A DNA stretch of 63,820 nt, filler included, from Myxococcota bacterium (GCA_023150835.1; 4 parts of 4 records of this genome joined end to end with filler, not necessarily neighbours in it), one strand, 5' to 3'; shown: positions 38,465 through 49,690, counted from the whole stretch's first letter. Numbers and translations: made by a program. The notes: generated by a model from the letters alone, not told the origin.

Positions 38465-39712
38465 ATGGAGATCGTTCGTACCGGCCCGAGAAAACGCTTT
38501 ACAGGGATCAGCCGACTGTATCCGATGGACACCGCCATCGGTACGTTGCGTGTGATCGAAGATGCAGAGATCCTTGTGGAGGGCAAACATATCGTATGGG
38601 TGGGGAAGCGCGGCGAGGGGATGGGGCCGATCGAGGGGGAAGAGCGCATCGAGATGAGCGGAGTGATCTGCACACCGGGATGGATCGATGCGCACACTCA
38701 CTTGATCTGGGCGGGTAGTCGGCAGAATGAGTTTCGCGCCCGCCTCCAAGGACAAAGCTATCTCGATATCGCCCGCGCAGGTGGCGGGATCATGTCCACC
38801 GTTCGGGCGGTTCGTCAAACAGATACGTCCAAGCTGATCGCTGAGGGCCGCCACCGATTGGAGCGGATGCTTGGCTATGGCATCACGACCCTTGAGGCCA
38901 AAAGCGGATACGGCTTGTCGACAGACGCCGAGATCAAGATACTACGCGCCATCCGCGCTTTGCATGAGGAAGGCCCCCAAGAGATCAGCGCGACTTTTTT
39001 GGGCGCTCACACCGTCCCTACTGAATACAAGCACGATCGGGCTTCCTACGTCTCCTTGGTTTGCGAAGAGATGCTGCCTGCCGTTGCAGAGGCAGGATTG
39101 GCTGATGCTTGCGATGTGTTCGTCGAAGAAGGCGCATTCACGCTCCAAGAAGCGCGGCGCATCCTCCAGCGCGGCCTCGATCTGGGCCTCCAGTCGCGCC
39201 TGCACGCCGATCAATTGTCATCAGGAGGCGGAGCCGAACTTGCCGCAGAGATGGGTGCATTGAGCGCCGATCACCTCGAAGAGATCAGCCCAACGGGCAT
39301 TCAAAAGATGGCAGAAGCCCGTGTGACGGCCTGTTTGATCCCGGGTTCGACTTTTTGTTTGCGCCAACATCGCTATGCCCCTGCCCGCGCAATGATCGAT
39401 GCAGGCATGCAGATCGCCCTTGCGACCGACCTCAACCCCGGGACAACTTGCAGCGAGTCCTTGCCTTTTCTTGGGACGCTTGCTTGTTTGCAGATGGGCC
39501 TTTTGCCCGAAGAAGTCTTGTACGCCGTCACGGTGGGGGCGGCACACGCCCTCGGACGAGCCGATCAGATCGGGCGGATCGCTGTCGGCTACCAAGCGGA
39601 TCTGGCGTTCTTTGCGGCTCCCGATATCGATTACTTGTTTTACCATTACGCCGTCCTCCACACCCAGTCGGTCTACAAACACGGGCGCAAAGTCTGGCCG
39701 TCAAGCCCCTAA
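38465..39712 (+). CDS. hutI: Imidazolonepropionase
   Basis: PGWIDAHTHL, GGGIMSTV, EAKSGYGL, FLGAH, LHADQL, SADHLE, ATDLNPG; AGGAG before ATG 38465. Confidence 0.95.
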   Translation: MEIVRTGPRKRFTGISRLYPMDTAIGTLRVIEDAEILVEGKHIVWVGKRGEGMGPIEGEERIEMSGVICTPGWIDAHTHLIWAGSRQNEFRARLQGQSYLDIARAGGGIMSTVRAVRQTDTSKLIAEGRHRLERMLGYGITTLEAKSGYGLSTDAEIKILRAIRALHEEGPQEISATFLGAHTVPTEYKHDRASYVSLVCEEMLPAVAEAGLADACDVFVEEGAFTLQEARRILQRGLDLGLQSRLHADQLSSGGGAELAAEMGALSADHLEEISPTGIQKMAEARVTACLIPGSTFCLRQHRYAPARAMIDAGMQIALATDLNPGTTCSESLPFLGTLACLQMGLLPEEVLYAVTVGAAHALGRADQIGRIAVGYQADLAFFAAPDIDYLFYHYAVLHTQSVYKHGRKVWPSSP

Positions 39713-39844
39713 GCTCGCTGCGATCAGAACAGACGACCGCAGCTCAAGCACACTTCCCCTCGGTGGAAACACCGACAAATCCCCAACAAGTCCTCGCGGT
39801 TTCTTCACCGGCGGACGAAAAAAGAAACACGGAGAAAGCGAAGT

Positions 39845-41806
39845 ATGCCACAACAACGAGATCGATGGACACGAGTACAAAAGCGCATCGTTGTCTTGTT
39901 CGGCTTCATCGGACTTTGGTGGTTGAGTGGACTTGGAGATCAATCCGCGAGAGCAGACGACTTTGTGTTGCCGGGCGACGATTCCCCGAAACCCAAAGCA
40001 CGCAAACGCGCCGTTGCTCCAAAACGCCAAGCACAGGGGCTTTTACCGATGTACGGCCCCCCCAAAGAATGGCAGTCTTTCCGTAGCACCTCCCAAGTGA
40101 CGTGCGCGATCCAAGAAGGCGATAACATCTGGGCAGGAACCCTCGATAGCGGTGTGATCCGTTGGAGCATCCGCTCGCGTGGTTATCGCTTTTATGTCCC
40201 CAAAGAAACTCTCGCCAAAGCCCGCCATGTCACCTCTCTGGCGATGGATCGCCAAGCCAACCTGTGGATCGGAACCAAAGGATTTGGGGTGGCGATGCTC
40301 AAAGACGGTGGAACGCGCTTTACATGGTATCAATACAAAAACGGCTTACCGAGCAACGATATCCGAGGCTTGGTTCGCGACAACAACGGCGCGATCTGGG
40401 CCGCCACCAACCGAGGTGCTGCCCGCTTCGATGGAAAACGCTGGAAGAAATTTACCCGCAAACAAGGGCTTCCAGATGGGGACTTGTTGGCGACTGGGCT
40501 CGACAGCAGCGGAAACGTCTGGTTTAGCCCCAACATCTCGAATCCCTTTTATTACGACGGCAGCCGCTTTCATCGCCTCAAAAAATTCCCTTGGACGGGT
40601 TCCACTTGTATCACCAACGATCGCAAAGGTGGTTTGTGGTTTTGTAACGCCCAAGGAGCCATCCATCACGACAGCGAACGCACCCGCGCTTACGACACGA
40701 CTCACGGCTTGGCTGGCCCCGTGATTCAGGCGATCCATGTCGACGCGGGTGGCGGTGTATGGTTTGGCACAAAAGACAACGGCATCAGCTATCTACGCGA
40801 GGGGCGCTGGACCACCATCAACCGCCGTCAAGGGCTCACCAACCTCGATATCCGCGCCATCACAAGCGGCCCCGCAGGTTCCATCCTCGCCGCGACACAC
40901 CTCAACGGCATCGCACATTACCAAAACCGCCGATGGTACAGCTTTTCCACAGGGATCGTCGGAAACAAGATCCACGCAGTCGCCCATGCCCACGATGGCT
41001 CCGTCTGGCTCGGAACAGGTTCGGGAGCCAGTCGCTATCACAACGGATATTGGTACAACTACGCCAGCGAGTTCACCACGCCCGATGTTCGGTCATTTAC
41101 ATTTGATCCGACAGGCGCGGTGTGGATCGGAACCTTTGGCGCAGGGATCTATCGACACCAAGGGCGCGAATGGAAATTGACGGATGTGCTTTCAGGGATC
41201 GCAAGCAACAACATCGTGGGAACCCACCTCACGCCCGAAGGACTCTGGTTGATCCACGAGCAAAAAGGCGCAAGCCTGTTTGATGGCAAAGAATGGAAGC
41301 TGTTTGACAACAACAACACGGTTGGCCTGCTCGACCCCGCCTATCCGGCCCAAGCGACGCACCTTGACAAAGACATGACCCTCTACATCGGGTTCAAGGG
41401 AGGGGGCGCTGTGAAACGCCCGTTGCGTGGGCGTTGGCAACGGATCGGCTTTATGAGCGGTGCGGGTGGGCGCGGTGTGGTCAACAGCATCAGCAGCGAG
41501 GATGACGGGGCCTTGTGGTTTGGAACGAAGATCGGACTGTACCGAATGAAAGGCAACGACACCAAACACTTTACCAAAAAAGACGGATTACCCGACACCC
41601 AAGTGCTGGCCGTTGCCACCGAAGGAAACAAAGTCTGGATCGGCACAAACAAAGGCGTGGCCTGCTTCGATGGCACCTCATGGCGCTCTTTTAACAAAGA
41701 GATGGGCCTTGTCTCCGATAGCATCAGCCTGATCAGCGTATCCCCCACAGGTGAAAAATGGTTCGGCTCTCCGCTTGACGGGCTGACCATTTATCGCGGC
41801 GAATAA
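39845..41806 (+). CDS. Exported multi-propeller (two-component regulator propeller-type) protein
   Basis: Signal peptide; repeated GL.SN.I..I..D..G..W.GT..G motifs. Confidence 0.8.
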   Translation: MPQQRDRWTRVQKRIVVLFGFIGLWWLSGLGDQSARADDFVLPGDDSPKPKARKRAVAPKRQAQGLLPMYGPPKEWQSFRSTSQVTCAIQEGDNIWAGTLDSGVIRWSIRSRGYRFYVPKETLAKARHVTSLAMDRQANLWIGTKGFGVAMLKDGGTRFTWYQYKNGLPSNDIRGLVRDNNGAIWAATNRGAARFDGKRWKKFTRKQGLPDGDLLATGLDSSGNVWFSPNISNPFYYDGSRFHRLKKFPWTGSTCITNDRKGGLWFCNAQGAIHHDSERTRAYDTTHGLAGPVIQAIHVDAGGGVWFGTKDNGISYLREGRWTTINRRQGLTNLDIRAITSGPAGSILAATHLNGIAHYQNRRWYSFSTGIVGNKIHAVAHAHDGSVWLGTGSGASRYHNGYWYNYASEFTTPDVRSFTFDPTGAVWIGTFGAGIYRHQGREWKLTDVLSGIASNNIVGTHLTPEGLWLIHEQKGASLFDGKEWKLFDNNNTVGLLDPAYPAQATHLDKDMTLYIGFKGGGAVKRPLRGRWQRIGFMSGAGGRGVVNSISSEDDGALWFGTKIGLYRMKGNDTKHFTKKDGLPDTQVLAVATEGNKVWIGTNKGVACFDGTSWRSFNKEMGLVSDSISLISVSPTGEKWFGSPLDGLTIYRGE

Positions 41807-41881
41807 CACGGCCCTCCCCATCCCAAACAAGACGACCCTCTCGACCACAATCCATCATCCCCCCACACGGAGTCCAAACAG

Positions 41882-43489
41882 ATGCAAGCCAACCAAACAT
41901 GGGAGCAATTTTGCGAAAGCTACTGGTGGGACAAGGCTGTCCCATTGCGCCTCGATCTAAGTCGGATGGGCATCCCTGCGGCTTTTTGGAAAGAGATCGC
42001 CCCCAAGATGCAAGCGGCCTTTGAAGAGATGCAACAACTCGAACAGGGCGCGATCGCCAACCCCGACGAACAGCGGATGGTTGGGCATTATTGGTTGCGC
42101 GATCCCAAGCGCGCTCCTGATCCGACGATCCGCGCCGAGATCGAGCAAAGCGTCCAACGCATCAAAGAATTCGCACATGCCATCCACACCGGCCAACTCC
42201 GCCCCACCACCCAACCCACCTTTACGCGGTTTTTGCAGATCGGCATCGGTGGTTCGGCCCTTGGGCCTCAACTTGTGTACGATGCTCTGCGATCTCCTCG
42301 CGACGAGATGGAAGGCTTTTTCCTCGACAACACCGATCCCGATGGGATCGACCGATTGATCGCCGATCTGGGTGAACAGATCGCTTCGACCTTGGTCTTG
42401 ATCGTCTCCAAGTCGGGCGGCACCAAAGAAACAGCCAACGGGATGTTGGAGATCAAAGCAGCCTTTGAAGCGCGGGGACTGTCTTTCGAGCGCCACGCCG
42501 TCGCGATCACAGGAGCAGGAAGCAAACTCGACGATCTGGCCCAACAGACGGGAATGTTAGACACCTTCCCGATCTGGGACTGGGTGGGGGGCCGCACCTC
42601 CTTGTTTTCGCCTGTTGGTTTGTTGCCTGCGGCTCTCCAAGGCATCGACATCAATCAACTGCTCGCAGGAGCCGCCGTGATGGACGAATGCACTCGCCGC
42701 GCCGATCTCAACAACCCCGCTGCTCGGCTCGCAGCAAGCTGGTACTTTGCGGGGGATGGACGTGGACAACGTGCGATGGTGGTCTTGCCCTACAAAGATC
42801 GGCTGCTTTTGTTGAGCCGCTACCTACAGCAACTCGTGATGGAATCGCTCGGAAAAGAACTCGACCGCGATCAACAAGTCGTCCACCAAGGGATCGCTGT
42901 CTACGGCAACAAAGGTTCCACCGATCAACACGCCTTTGTCCAACAATTGCGCGACGGAGCCGACGATTTTTTTGTGACCTTTGTCGAAGTCCTCTTGGAT
43001 CGCAAAGGCCGATCATTCGAGGTCGAAGACGAGATCACCAGCGGCGATTACCTGCTTGGCTTTTTGTACGGAACCCGACAAGCCCTCTGGGAAAGCGGAA
43101 AACGCTCACTCCACATCACTCTCCCCGAGACTTCCCCCACAAGTCTTGCGATGCTGATCGCTCTCTTTGAACGGGCCGTCGGCCTTTACGCTTCGCTGAT
43201 CAACATCAACGCCTACCATCAGCCGGGCGTTGAGGCAGGAAAGAAAGCCGCAGGTGCGTTCCTTGCGCTGCAAAAACAGCTACTCACCTTCCTACGCGCC
43301 CATCCCCACGAAGCGTTCTCTATCCCGCAGCTTGCCCGTTCCCTCCAATACCCACAACAAACCGATGCCCTGTTTTATATCGCCGAACATCTCGCTGCCA
43401 ACCAACGCTTGATCGCCTCGGATGCACCGCCACTCGCACGCACCTATCAATTCAAAAGCCCACCCACCACGAGCCGTCCGCTTCATTAA
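41882..43489 (+). CDS. pgi: Glucose-6-phosphate isomerase
   Basis: IGIGGSALGP, SKSGGTKET, DWVGGRTS, QQLVMESLGK, NAYHQPGVEAGKK. Confidence 0.95.
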   Translation: MQANQTWEQFCESYWWDKAVPLRLDLSRMGIPAAFWKEIAPKMQAAFEEMQQLEQGAIANPDEQRMVGHYWLRDPKRAPDPTIRAEIEQSVQRIKEFAHAIHTGQLRPTTQPTFTRFLQIGIGGSALGPQLVYDALRSPRDEMEGFFLDNTDPDGIDRLIADLGEQIASTLVLIVSKSGGTKETANGMLEIKAAFEARGLSFERHAVAITGAGSKLDDLAQQTGMLDTFPIWDWVGGRTSLFSPVGLLPAALQGIDINQLLAGAAVMDECTRRADLNNPAARLAASWYFAGDGRGQRAMVVLPYKDRLLLLSRYLQQLVMESLGKELDRDQQVVHQGIAVYGNKGSTDQHAFVQQLRDGADDFFVTFVEVLLDRKGRSFEVEDEITSGDYLLGFLYGTRQALWESGKRSLHITLPETSPTSLAMLIALFERAVGLYASLININAYHQPGVEAGKKAAGAFLALQKQLLTFLRAHPHEAFSIPQLARSLQYPQQTDALFYIAEHLAANQRLIASDAPPLARTYQFKSPPTTSRPLH

Positions 43490-43592
43490 AAGCAGCCGCT
43501 GGTAGAAACCTCGCATCCTCCGCAGTGATCACTCTTTCACACCAAAGAAGCCTTCGCTTGTCTACCCACAATCTCCACAAAGGAGCCTTTGC

Positions 43593-44573
43593 TTGTCTAC
43601 CCACGATCTGAACGTCTTGATCCTCGCCGCAGGCAAAGGGACGCGTATGCGTTCACAGCTTGCCAAAGTTCTCCATCCCATTGGCGGGATCCCACTCGCG
43701 GCGCATCCCGTCCACCTTGCACAATCGCTCTCTCCCCAACGCATCGTCTTGATCATCGGCCACCAAGCCGAGGCCGTCCAAGCCCAACTCGATGCGCGTT
43801 TTGGCCAAGGCACCTTGCGCTACGCCCTCCAAGCCGAACAACGCGGCACCGCGCATGCCGTCCAATGCGCCCAACAACACCTCCTCGATGGCCCCCGTGA
43901 AGTCTTACTTCTGTGCGGAGACGTCCCGCTTTTGAGCGAAGACACATTGCGGGAGATGCTTCGCCGAAAAGACCAAACCAACGCAACCATCGGCATGATC
44001 ACTTTTGAAGCCGACGACCCCACAGGCTACGGGCGGATCGTCCGAGACGAACAAGGCAAGGTCCAAAAGATCCAAGAACACAAAGACTGCAACACCACCG
44101 AGCGCTTGATCAAAGAATGCAATGCTGCGATCTACCTCGTCGCACGGGACTTTTTGCTCGATGCCCTCGATCGTATCGACAACCACAACGCCCAAGGTGA
44201 ATTCTATCTCACCGATATCGTCAAACTCGCTGTCCAACAACACCGTCACGTCGAAGCCTTGATCGTCAAAGATGCCGTCGAAGTCATGGGCGTCAACGAT
44301 CGCGCACAACTCGCTTTCCTCGAACAAGAATGGCTCCATCGACGCCAACAAGCCCTGATGAAACAAGGCGTCACGTTCCATCTTCCCCAAACCATCTGGC
44401 TTGATTACGACGTACGCATCGACTGCGACGCCGAGATCGGCCCCCACTGCGCCTTTTACGGCCAAACGCACATCGGCGAAGGCGCTCAGATCGGTGCGGG
44501 TGTTTACCTCAAAGACACGCAGATCCCCGCCCATACGACGCTTTCACCTCGCACCACACGCGGCATGGCGTAA
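43593..44573 (+). CDS. glmU: GlmU-like N-acetylglucosamine-1-phosphate uridyltransferase, short form lacking most of the acetyltransferase domain
   Basis: LAAGKGTRMRS..KVLH, Q.EQRGTAHAV, GDVPLL, GYGRIVR, NAQGEFYLTD, GVNDR; only 326 aa; TTG start after AAGGAG. Confidence 0.8.
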   Translation: MSTHDLNVLILAAGKGTRMRSQLAKVLHPIGGIPLAAHPVHLAQSLSPQRIVLIIGHQAEAVQAQLDARFGQGTLRYALQAEQRGTAHAVQCAQQHLLDGPREVLLLCGDVPLLSEDTLREMLRRKDQTNATIGMITFEADDPTGYGRIVRDEQGKVQKIQEHKDCNTTERLIKECNAAIYLVARDFLLDALDRIDNHNAQGEFYLTDIVKLAVQQHRHVEALIVKDAVEVMGVNDRAQLAFLEQEWLHRRQQALMKQGVTFHLPQTIWLDYDVRIDCDAEIGPHCAFYGQTHIGEGAQIGAGVYLKDTQIPAHTTLSPRTTRGMA

Positions 44574-44759
44574 AGCTTCGCGCTTCAGAAAAGACCAAAT
44601 CACGCCAACAACAGTCTACAAGGTGAGTTCGTTCGCTCCTGTTATGCCACACAAAAAACAATTGACGCAGATCGACGATACTATCAGGAGTGCATCGCAC
44701 AAAATGCTACGAAATCCGCAGGGTGTGTGATAAATCCGCAGGGTGTTTGATCGAAAAAC

Positions 44760-44802
44760 GTAGGGGCAGCCCCCTGTGGCTGCCCAACAATAGGGCGTCT
44801 AC
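44760..44802 (+). repeat. GTAG-type REP palindrome
   Basis: GTAGGGGCAGCCCCCTGTGGCTGCCC..AGGGCGTCTAC. Confidence 0.7.
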
Positions 44803-44941
44803 ATCGGATCATACCGACACGCAGATCACGCACCTTGGATATCGTATGAGTGAGGTTTCACCCGCATCAAAGAGCAAAAAGCGCGTATCTACCGAAGAAA
44901 AGAACGATCGTTGAGTTCAAAAAGCAAAGAGATCGCAAGCG

Positions 44942-45841
44942 ATGGAGGTTTTCGTGGAAACAAAACGATGGTGGGGATGGCTGTTGAGTTGCCTTGTCGG
45001 CTTGGGGTGGAGTGCTTCACCCGCTCAAGCGACCTTGTTGGTATACCGCAGCCTCGACCAACAGATCCAAGCCGCAGCAAGCATCGTGCGTGGCCGTGTC
45101 TTGCACAAGCACAGCTTTATCTACCACGGCAACGGACACATCTACACGGACGTTCGTCTACACGTCCTTGAAACGCTCAAGGGCCAAGCCCCTCACGAAC
45201 TGATGATCCGTCAACTCGGTGGAACAGTCGGAGAGCGTACCACCTTGATCGCGGGTGCTGCGCGGTTCTCGCTCGGTGAAGAGGTCGTCGTCTTTTTAGA
45301 AGCCCTTCGCCAACCCGACTTCCTCTTTGTCCAAGATCTCGGCGCTGGAAAATACACCGTATTTCTCCACGAAGGACGGACCTTGATGCGCCGATCCGTC
45401 GAGGGTCTCGCCTTTTACCGCCACACCCCCAACGCCGCTGACCGCATCCGCACCCCCCAATTCAGCGAACGCCCGATGGATCTCGATATGTTGCGCCAAC
45501 GCGTTCAGATCCTCCAGCAACAACCGACGCTTTATCTGCTCAAGCCCCCGACACAGCGCTTTGAAGAACGGCTGCAACGCGCCAAAGATTCGATCACACC
45601 GCGCCTACCCGTCCCGCAACCTCTCCCCGCCTTCCAAGATCCCCGTCATCCCGTCCGTTCCATCTACGACCAAAGCACACAAAAGACAGTTCCCCTGCGC
45701 GTCTTACAAAAACAACGGCTGCCTTTTTTTGTCACCCCGCTGCGCGGCGCACTCCTCCAAAAACGCCTTCGTTCCGCTCCTTCTCTGCTCTCTCCCACCA
45801 CCTCCAACTCACCATCTCCCTCGCAAGGAGGCTCCCGATGA
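44942..45841 (+). CDS. Exported hypothetical protein (matrixin-associated type)
   Basis: Signal peptide (AQA-T); IVRGRV..IYT....V.ETLKG..GGTVG..G.ARF..GEEVVVFL pattern; ATGA overlap with next gene. Confidence 0.7.
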   Translation: MEVFVETKRWWGWLLSCLVGLGWSASPAQATLLVYRSLDQQIQAAASIVRGRVLHKHSFIYHGNGHIYTDVRLHVLETLKGQAPHELMIRQLGGTVGERTTLIAGAARFSLGEEVVVFLEALRQPDFLFVQDLGAGKYTVFLHEGRTLMRRSVEGLAFYRHTPNAADRIRTPQFSERPMDLDMLRQRVQILQQQPTLYLLKPPTQRFEERLQRAKDSITPRLPVPQPLPAFQDPRHPVRSIYDQSTQKTVPLRVLQKQRLPFFVTPLRGALLQKRLRSAPSLLSPTTSNSPSPSQGGSR

Positions 45842-48156
45842 TCCGCATAATCCGCACACACCACACCTCCACGACTTCATCACGCAAAATTGCAACACCC
45901 ACGAAGCATCGTATATTCGGGATTTTTGTGGTCTTGATAGGCTTCTTTGCGTTGCCTTCTGCCCATGCCTACAAGCAGATCCTCACCAACACAGGCAAAA
46001 CCGCCAAGTGGCCGAAGATGCCGATTACATGGTTCTACAACCCCAACGGCTTCACTCAAATCAGCCAACAACAAATGATCGCCGTGATGCAGAATGCCTT
46101 CCAACAATGGGCTTCTCCCACATGCACCAGCTTCCGCGCAAACTACGGCGGACTCAGCCAAAGCCTCTGGAGCCAATTCGATCAAAACAACGTACTCGTC
46201 TGGAATAGCACGATCCCTAGCGCGCAATTCCCTACAGCACTCGCCCTGATGGTCCCCAATATCAATCCGACGACGGGCGACTTCCTTGATGCCGATATCA
46301 TCTTCAATTCCAGCTACCAGTGGTCCACCCAGCCTGTCGGCCAACAATTCGATGTGATCGGGACAGTCACCCACGAGATCGGTCACGTCGTCGGCCTCGA
46401 TCATACCAACGTCACCGATGCGACGATGTTTCCAACAGCAGCCCCCGGCTTATGCCCTTGCCGCACCCTCAAACAAGACGACATCAACGGCGTTTGCGCG
46501 ATCTACCCCAGCGGAACCAACCCGGGCGGAGGCAAAGCAGGCGCAACCTGTTCTGTTCCCGCCGATTGTGCAAGCGGATTCACCTGTGTTCTCGCAACGC
46601 CACAAAGCACCTCGGGCGTCTGTCTCACCGATTGCACCAATACAGGCGGCTTTTGCGCTTCTGGCGAAAAATGCACCGCCCTCACCACAGGGACCTCCGT
46701 TTGCGCCTGCCAAAGCAACACCGACTGCAACAACGGTAAAACTTGCCAAAACTACCAATGCACGGGCGGCTCCACAGGTGGAAATCGCAAGCTTGGCGAG
46801 GTCTGCGATGCCCAAAACCTCTGCGCCACAGGACTGAACTGCGTGATCCTCCAACAAGGCGCAAACAGCGGCATCTGCTTTGAAGACTGCACCACCACAC
46901 GCGCCTGTCCGAACGGCGAAACCTGCAAATCCCTCACCAACGGCACCGCTGCTTGCGCTTGCCAAGGCGACAGCGAATGTAGCGGCGGAAAAGTTTGTAC
47001 CTCCAGTCTGCGATGCAGCAACACCAACAATCGACGCAAACTCGGCGAACCTTGCGACACCAACATCCTTTGTGAAGCAGGTCTGACTTGCGTTTCCACT
47101 TCTCAAGGCGCAACTGCGGGCGTTTGCCTCGCTTTGTGTACAACCACAGGCCCTTGTGTCACGGGAGAAAAATGCTACGACCTCGGCAACGGCGAAAAAG
47201 CCTGTGCTTGCCAAAACGACAGCGATTGCACCAACGGTAAGTCTTGCCAAAGTTTCCGCTGCATCGGCGGTTCCAACCAAGGCGCACGCGAAGGCGAAGC
47301 CTGCAATCCCAACTGCGAAGCCGGACTCAACTGCTTCGGAAACCCCACCAACGGCGGGATCTGCGTCCGCCCCTGTCAGTCCAACACAGAATGCACCGGG
47401 GCCAACAAACGTTGCGATACCAACAACCGCTACTGCGTCCCCGAAAATCCGGGAACTCGCAAACGCGGCGAAGTCTGCGACAACCAAAATCTCTGCATCA
47501 CGGGACTTTTTTGTACCGTCCTCCAACAAGGCGCATCCACGGGCATCTGCTTTCCTGTCTGTAACCCCCAAGCCACGGCCCCTTGCCCGGGGGGTGAACG
47601 ATGCGCCCAACTCTCAGGCAGCAACAGCGGTGTCTGCATCTGCCAACAAGACAGCGAATGCAGCAGTGGCGGAACCTGCCAACAGTACATCTGCAAAGGC
47701 AGCGTCAACCCCGGAACTTGCACCGTCGACACCGATTGCTCCTCGACCGATATCTGCCGAAACACCCGCTGCGTCCCGCGCAATAGCTGCCAAAGCAACG
47801 CCGACTGCGGCCCCAACCTCGTCTGTCAAAACAACCTCTGCACCACCAAACCCAGTCCCGAACCTCCCCCACCCGACGGCGGCCCCAACCCCGGCTCCTG
47901 TGATCCCGCCTGTGCAGCAGGCACCTATTGCCAAAAAGGCCGCTGCATCACCACTCCCGAATGTCTCAAAAACGAAGACTGCAACTCTCGCTCGACCTGC
48001 CAAGAATACGCTTGCATCCCCAACCCACTCCCCGAAACCACACCCCCCAAAACAGGATGCCAATCCCACGACACCACCCCGCTCTCTCTTTTCCTACTCT
48101 TCCTCCTGCTCGCCCTCGTACCCTTCTTCCGCCAACAACACCGCCCACGTTTCTAA
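45838..48156 (+). CDS. Matrixin (M10) family zinc metalloprotease with Cys-rich repeats and MYXO-CTERM-like tail
   Basis: HEIGHVVGLDH and Met-turn ATMFP; Cys-rich repeats; C-terminal GC...hydrophobic helix...basic residues. Confidence 0.88.
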   Translation: MIRIIRTHHTSTTSSRKIATPTKHRIFGIFVVLIGFFALPSAHAYKQILTNTGKTAKWPKMPITWFYNPNGFTQISQQQMIAVMQNAFQQWASPTCTSFRANYGGLSQSLWSQFDQNNVLVWNSTIPSAQFPTALALMVPNINPTTGDFLDADIIFNSSYQWSTQPVGQQFDVIGTVTHEIGHVVGLDHTNVTDATMFPTAAPGLCPCRTLKQDDINGVCAIYPSGTNPGGGKAGATCSVPADCASGFTCVLATPQSTSGVCLTDCTNTGGFCASGEKCTALTTGTSVCACQSNTDCNNGKTCQNYQCTGGSTGGNRKLGEVCDAQNLCATGLNCVILQQGANSGICFEDCTTTRACPNGETCKSLTNGTAACACQGDSECSGGKVCTSSLRCSNTNNRRKLGEPCDTNILCEAGLTCVSTSQGATAGVCLALCTTTGPCVTGEKCYDLGNGEKACACQNDSDCTNGKSCQSFRCIGGSNQGAREGEACNPNCEAGLNCFGNPTNGGICVRPCQSNTECTGANKRCDTNNRYCVPENPGTRKRGEVCDNQNLCITGLFCTVLQQGASTGICFPVCNPQATAPCPGGERCAQLSGSNSGVCICQQDSECSSGGTCQQYICKGSVNPGTCTVDTDCSSTDICRNTRCVPRNSCQSNADCGPNLVCQNNLCTTKPSPEPPPPDGGPNPGSCDPACAAGTYCQKGRCITTPECLKNEDCNSRSTCQEYACIPNPLPETTPPKTGCQSHDTTPLSLFLLFLLLALVPFFRQQHRPRF

Positions 48157-48533
48157 TACCCATCCCCATCAGAGCAACCCGTCGTCAATGACCCGCCCAT
48201 CTCGGGAGCGGGCTTGTGATGGTTTCGCTCTGCTCGCTTTGTTCGCTTTCCGTGTCTTCCGTGCATCCTGTGGACTGCTGTCTTTTTCCTTGACATCTTC
48301 AAGTCTTTCGACTAAAACTGCTCCACTCTTTTTGTGGATAACTGCGGCATCGTGCAAAAAAAGCCGTCTATCCGACCTTTCTTGCTCCAAAGAGTAGCTC
48401 TTCCACGAGACCTCTCTCGCCCTTCCCCACGAAAAGATCTTCGCGATGTCCACCCCCTCTCCTACGCAAACAACGTCTCATCGTTTTCTGTGCGATGCTT
48501 GCGTTCGATCACTCAGTCAAAAGGATTGCCCCC

Positions 48534-48863
48534 ATGTATGCGGTCATTCAAACCGGCGGTAAGCAGTACCGTGTCAAAGAAGGCGACATGTTCTTTGTCG
48601 AAAAACTGCCTGGCGAAAAAAATCAAAAGATCGTCTTTGACAACATCCTGATGGTCAGCGGTGATAGCGGCCTCCAGATCGGAACGCCCACCCTGCAAAC
48701 GGCTCGCGTCGCCTGCGAAGTCGTCGAGCAGTTCCGCGCCAAAAAGATCCTTGTCTTCAAAGTCAAACGACGCAAAAAATACCGCAACCGTCAAGGACAT
48801 CGCCAATACTACACCCGCTTGCGCGTGATGCAGATCGCTGCCGACGGTCAAATCAAAGACTAA
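48534..48863 (+). CDS. rplU: 50S ribosomal protein L21
   Basis: MYAVIQTGGKQYRV...KRRKKYRNRQGHRQ. Confidence 0.97.
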   Translation: MYAVIQTGGKQYRVKEGDMFFVEKLPGEKNQKIVFDNILMVSGDSGLQIGTPTLQTARVACEVVEQFRAKKILVFKVKRRKKYRNRQGHRQYYTRLRVMQIAADGQIKD

Positions 48864-48984
48864 CACACACAAAAAACACACAAAAAACACACAAAAAACA
48901 CACAAAAAAAGCGGATCACATCCTGATCCCTCTTTTTAACCCCCAACGGCCCCCCCAAAGGTCGCGCGGTAGGAGCTCAGACTT

Positions 48985-49266
48985 ATGGCTACAAAAAAAG
49001 GTGGTGGTAGTACCCGAAACGGTCGCGATAGCGCTGGCCAGCGGCGCGGCGTCAAAAAATCTGGCGGCCAAGCTGTGATCGCCGGAAATATCCTTGTCCG
49101 CCAACTCGGAACCCAGTTCCATCCCGGAATCAACGTCGGTATGGGCCGCGATTACACGCTCTTTGCGTTGGTCGACGGCATCGTGACTTTTGAAGTCAAA
49201 GATCGCGGTCGCAAGGCCGTCAGCGTGTACCCCGTCCAAGAAGACAACGCTGTCGCTGCCCCCTGA
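48985..49266 (+). CDS. rpmA: 50S ribosomal protein L27
   Basis: [16 protein letters not shown]...[25 protein letters not shown]. Confidence 0.97.
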   Translation: MATKKGGGSTRNGRDSAGQRRGVKKSGGQAVIAGNILVRQLGTQFHPGINVGMGRDYTLFALVDGIVTFEVKDRGRKAVSVYPVQEDNAVAAP

Positions 49267-49359
49267 TCTTTCCTTCCCCGTGTCCTCCCCAACACACTTC
49301 CCCCTCATTCCTTGCCCGAAACACTCTCCTCACAAACAACAACGACGCAAACAACAACC

Positions 49360-49690
49360 AATCCGAGTCCGCGCCACTTCAAGCGGCGCAGCCGTCGGCT
49401 TGAAAACGTCTATTCACCCCGCCAATACGGGGTCAAGGGGGCAAAGCTCCCTTGTGGTACGTGGGGCAACGCCCCATACGCGCCTTGTTAAGGTGGAAAC
49501 CTCGTAGAGTCGGTCTTGATCGCCTTTTTTTTTCTCCCCCCCCCCCTCAATCCCCCCGTGAACGGGGGGAAGTTGGAACGGGCTGCGTCTGCATTTGGTG
49601 CATACAGCGTGCGTCATGAAAAAACAAAATCCCCGATGCTTCCGACTTTCGCTCCCTCCCCTGTTCACGGGGGAGGGCGGGGTGGGGGGC
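49360..49690. repeat. Cluster of dispersed palindromic repeats
   Basis: Double-hairpin element (ACGGGGTCAAGGGGGCAAAGCTCCCTTG..GTGGGGCAACGCCCCA) plus inverted CCCCCGTGAACGGGGG / CCCCTGTTCACGGGGG palindromes, also seen at ~18929-18955. Confidence 0.65.
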
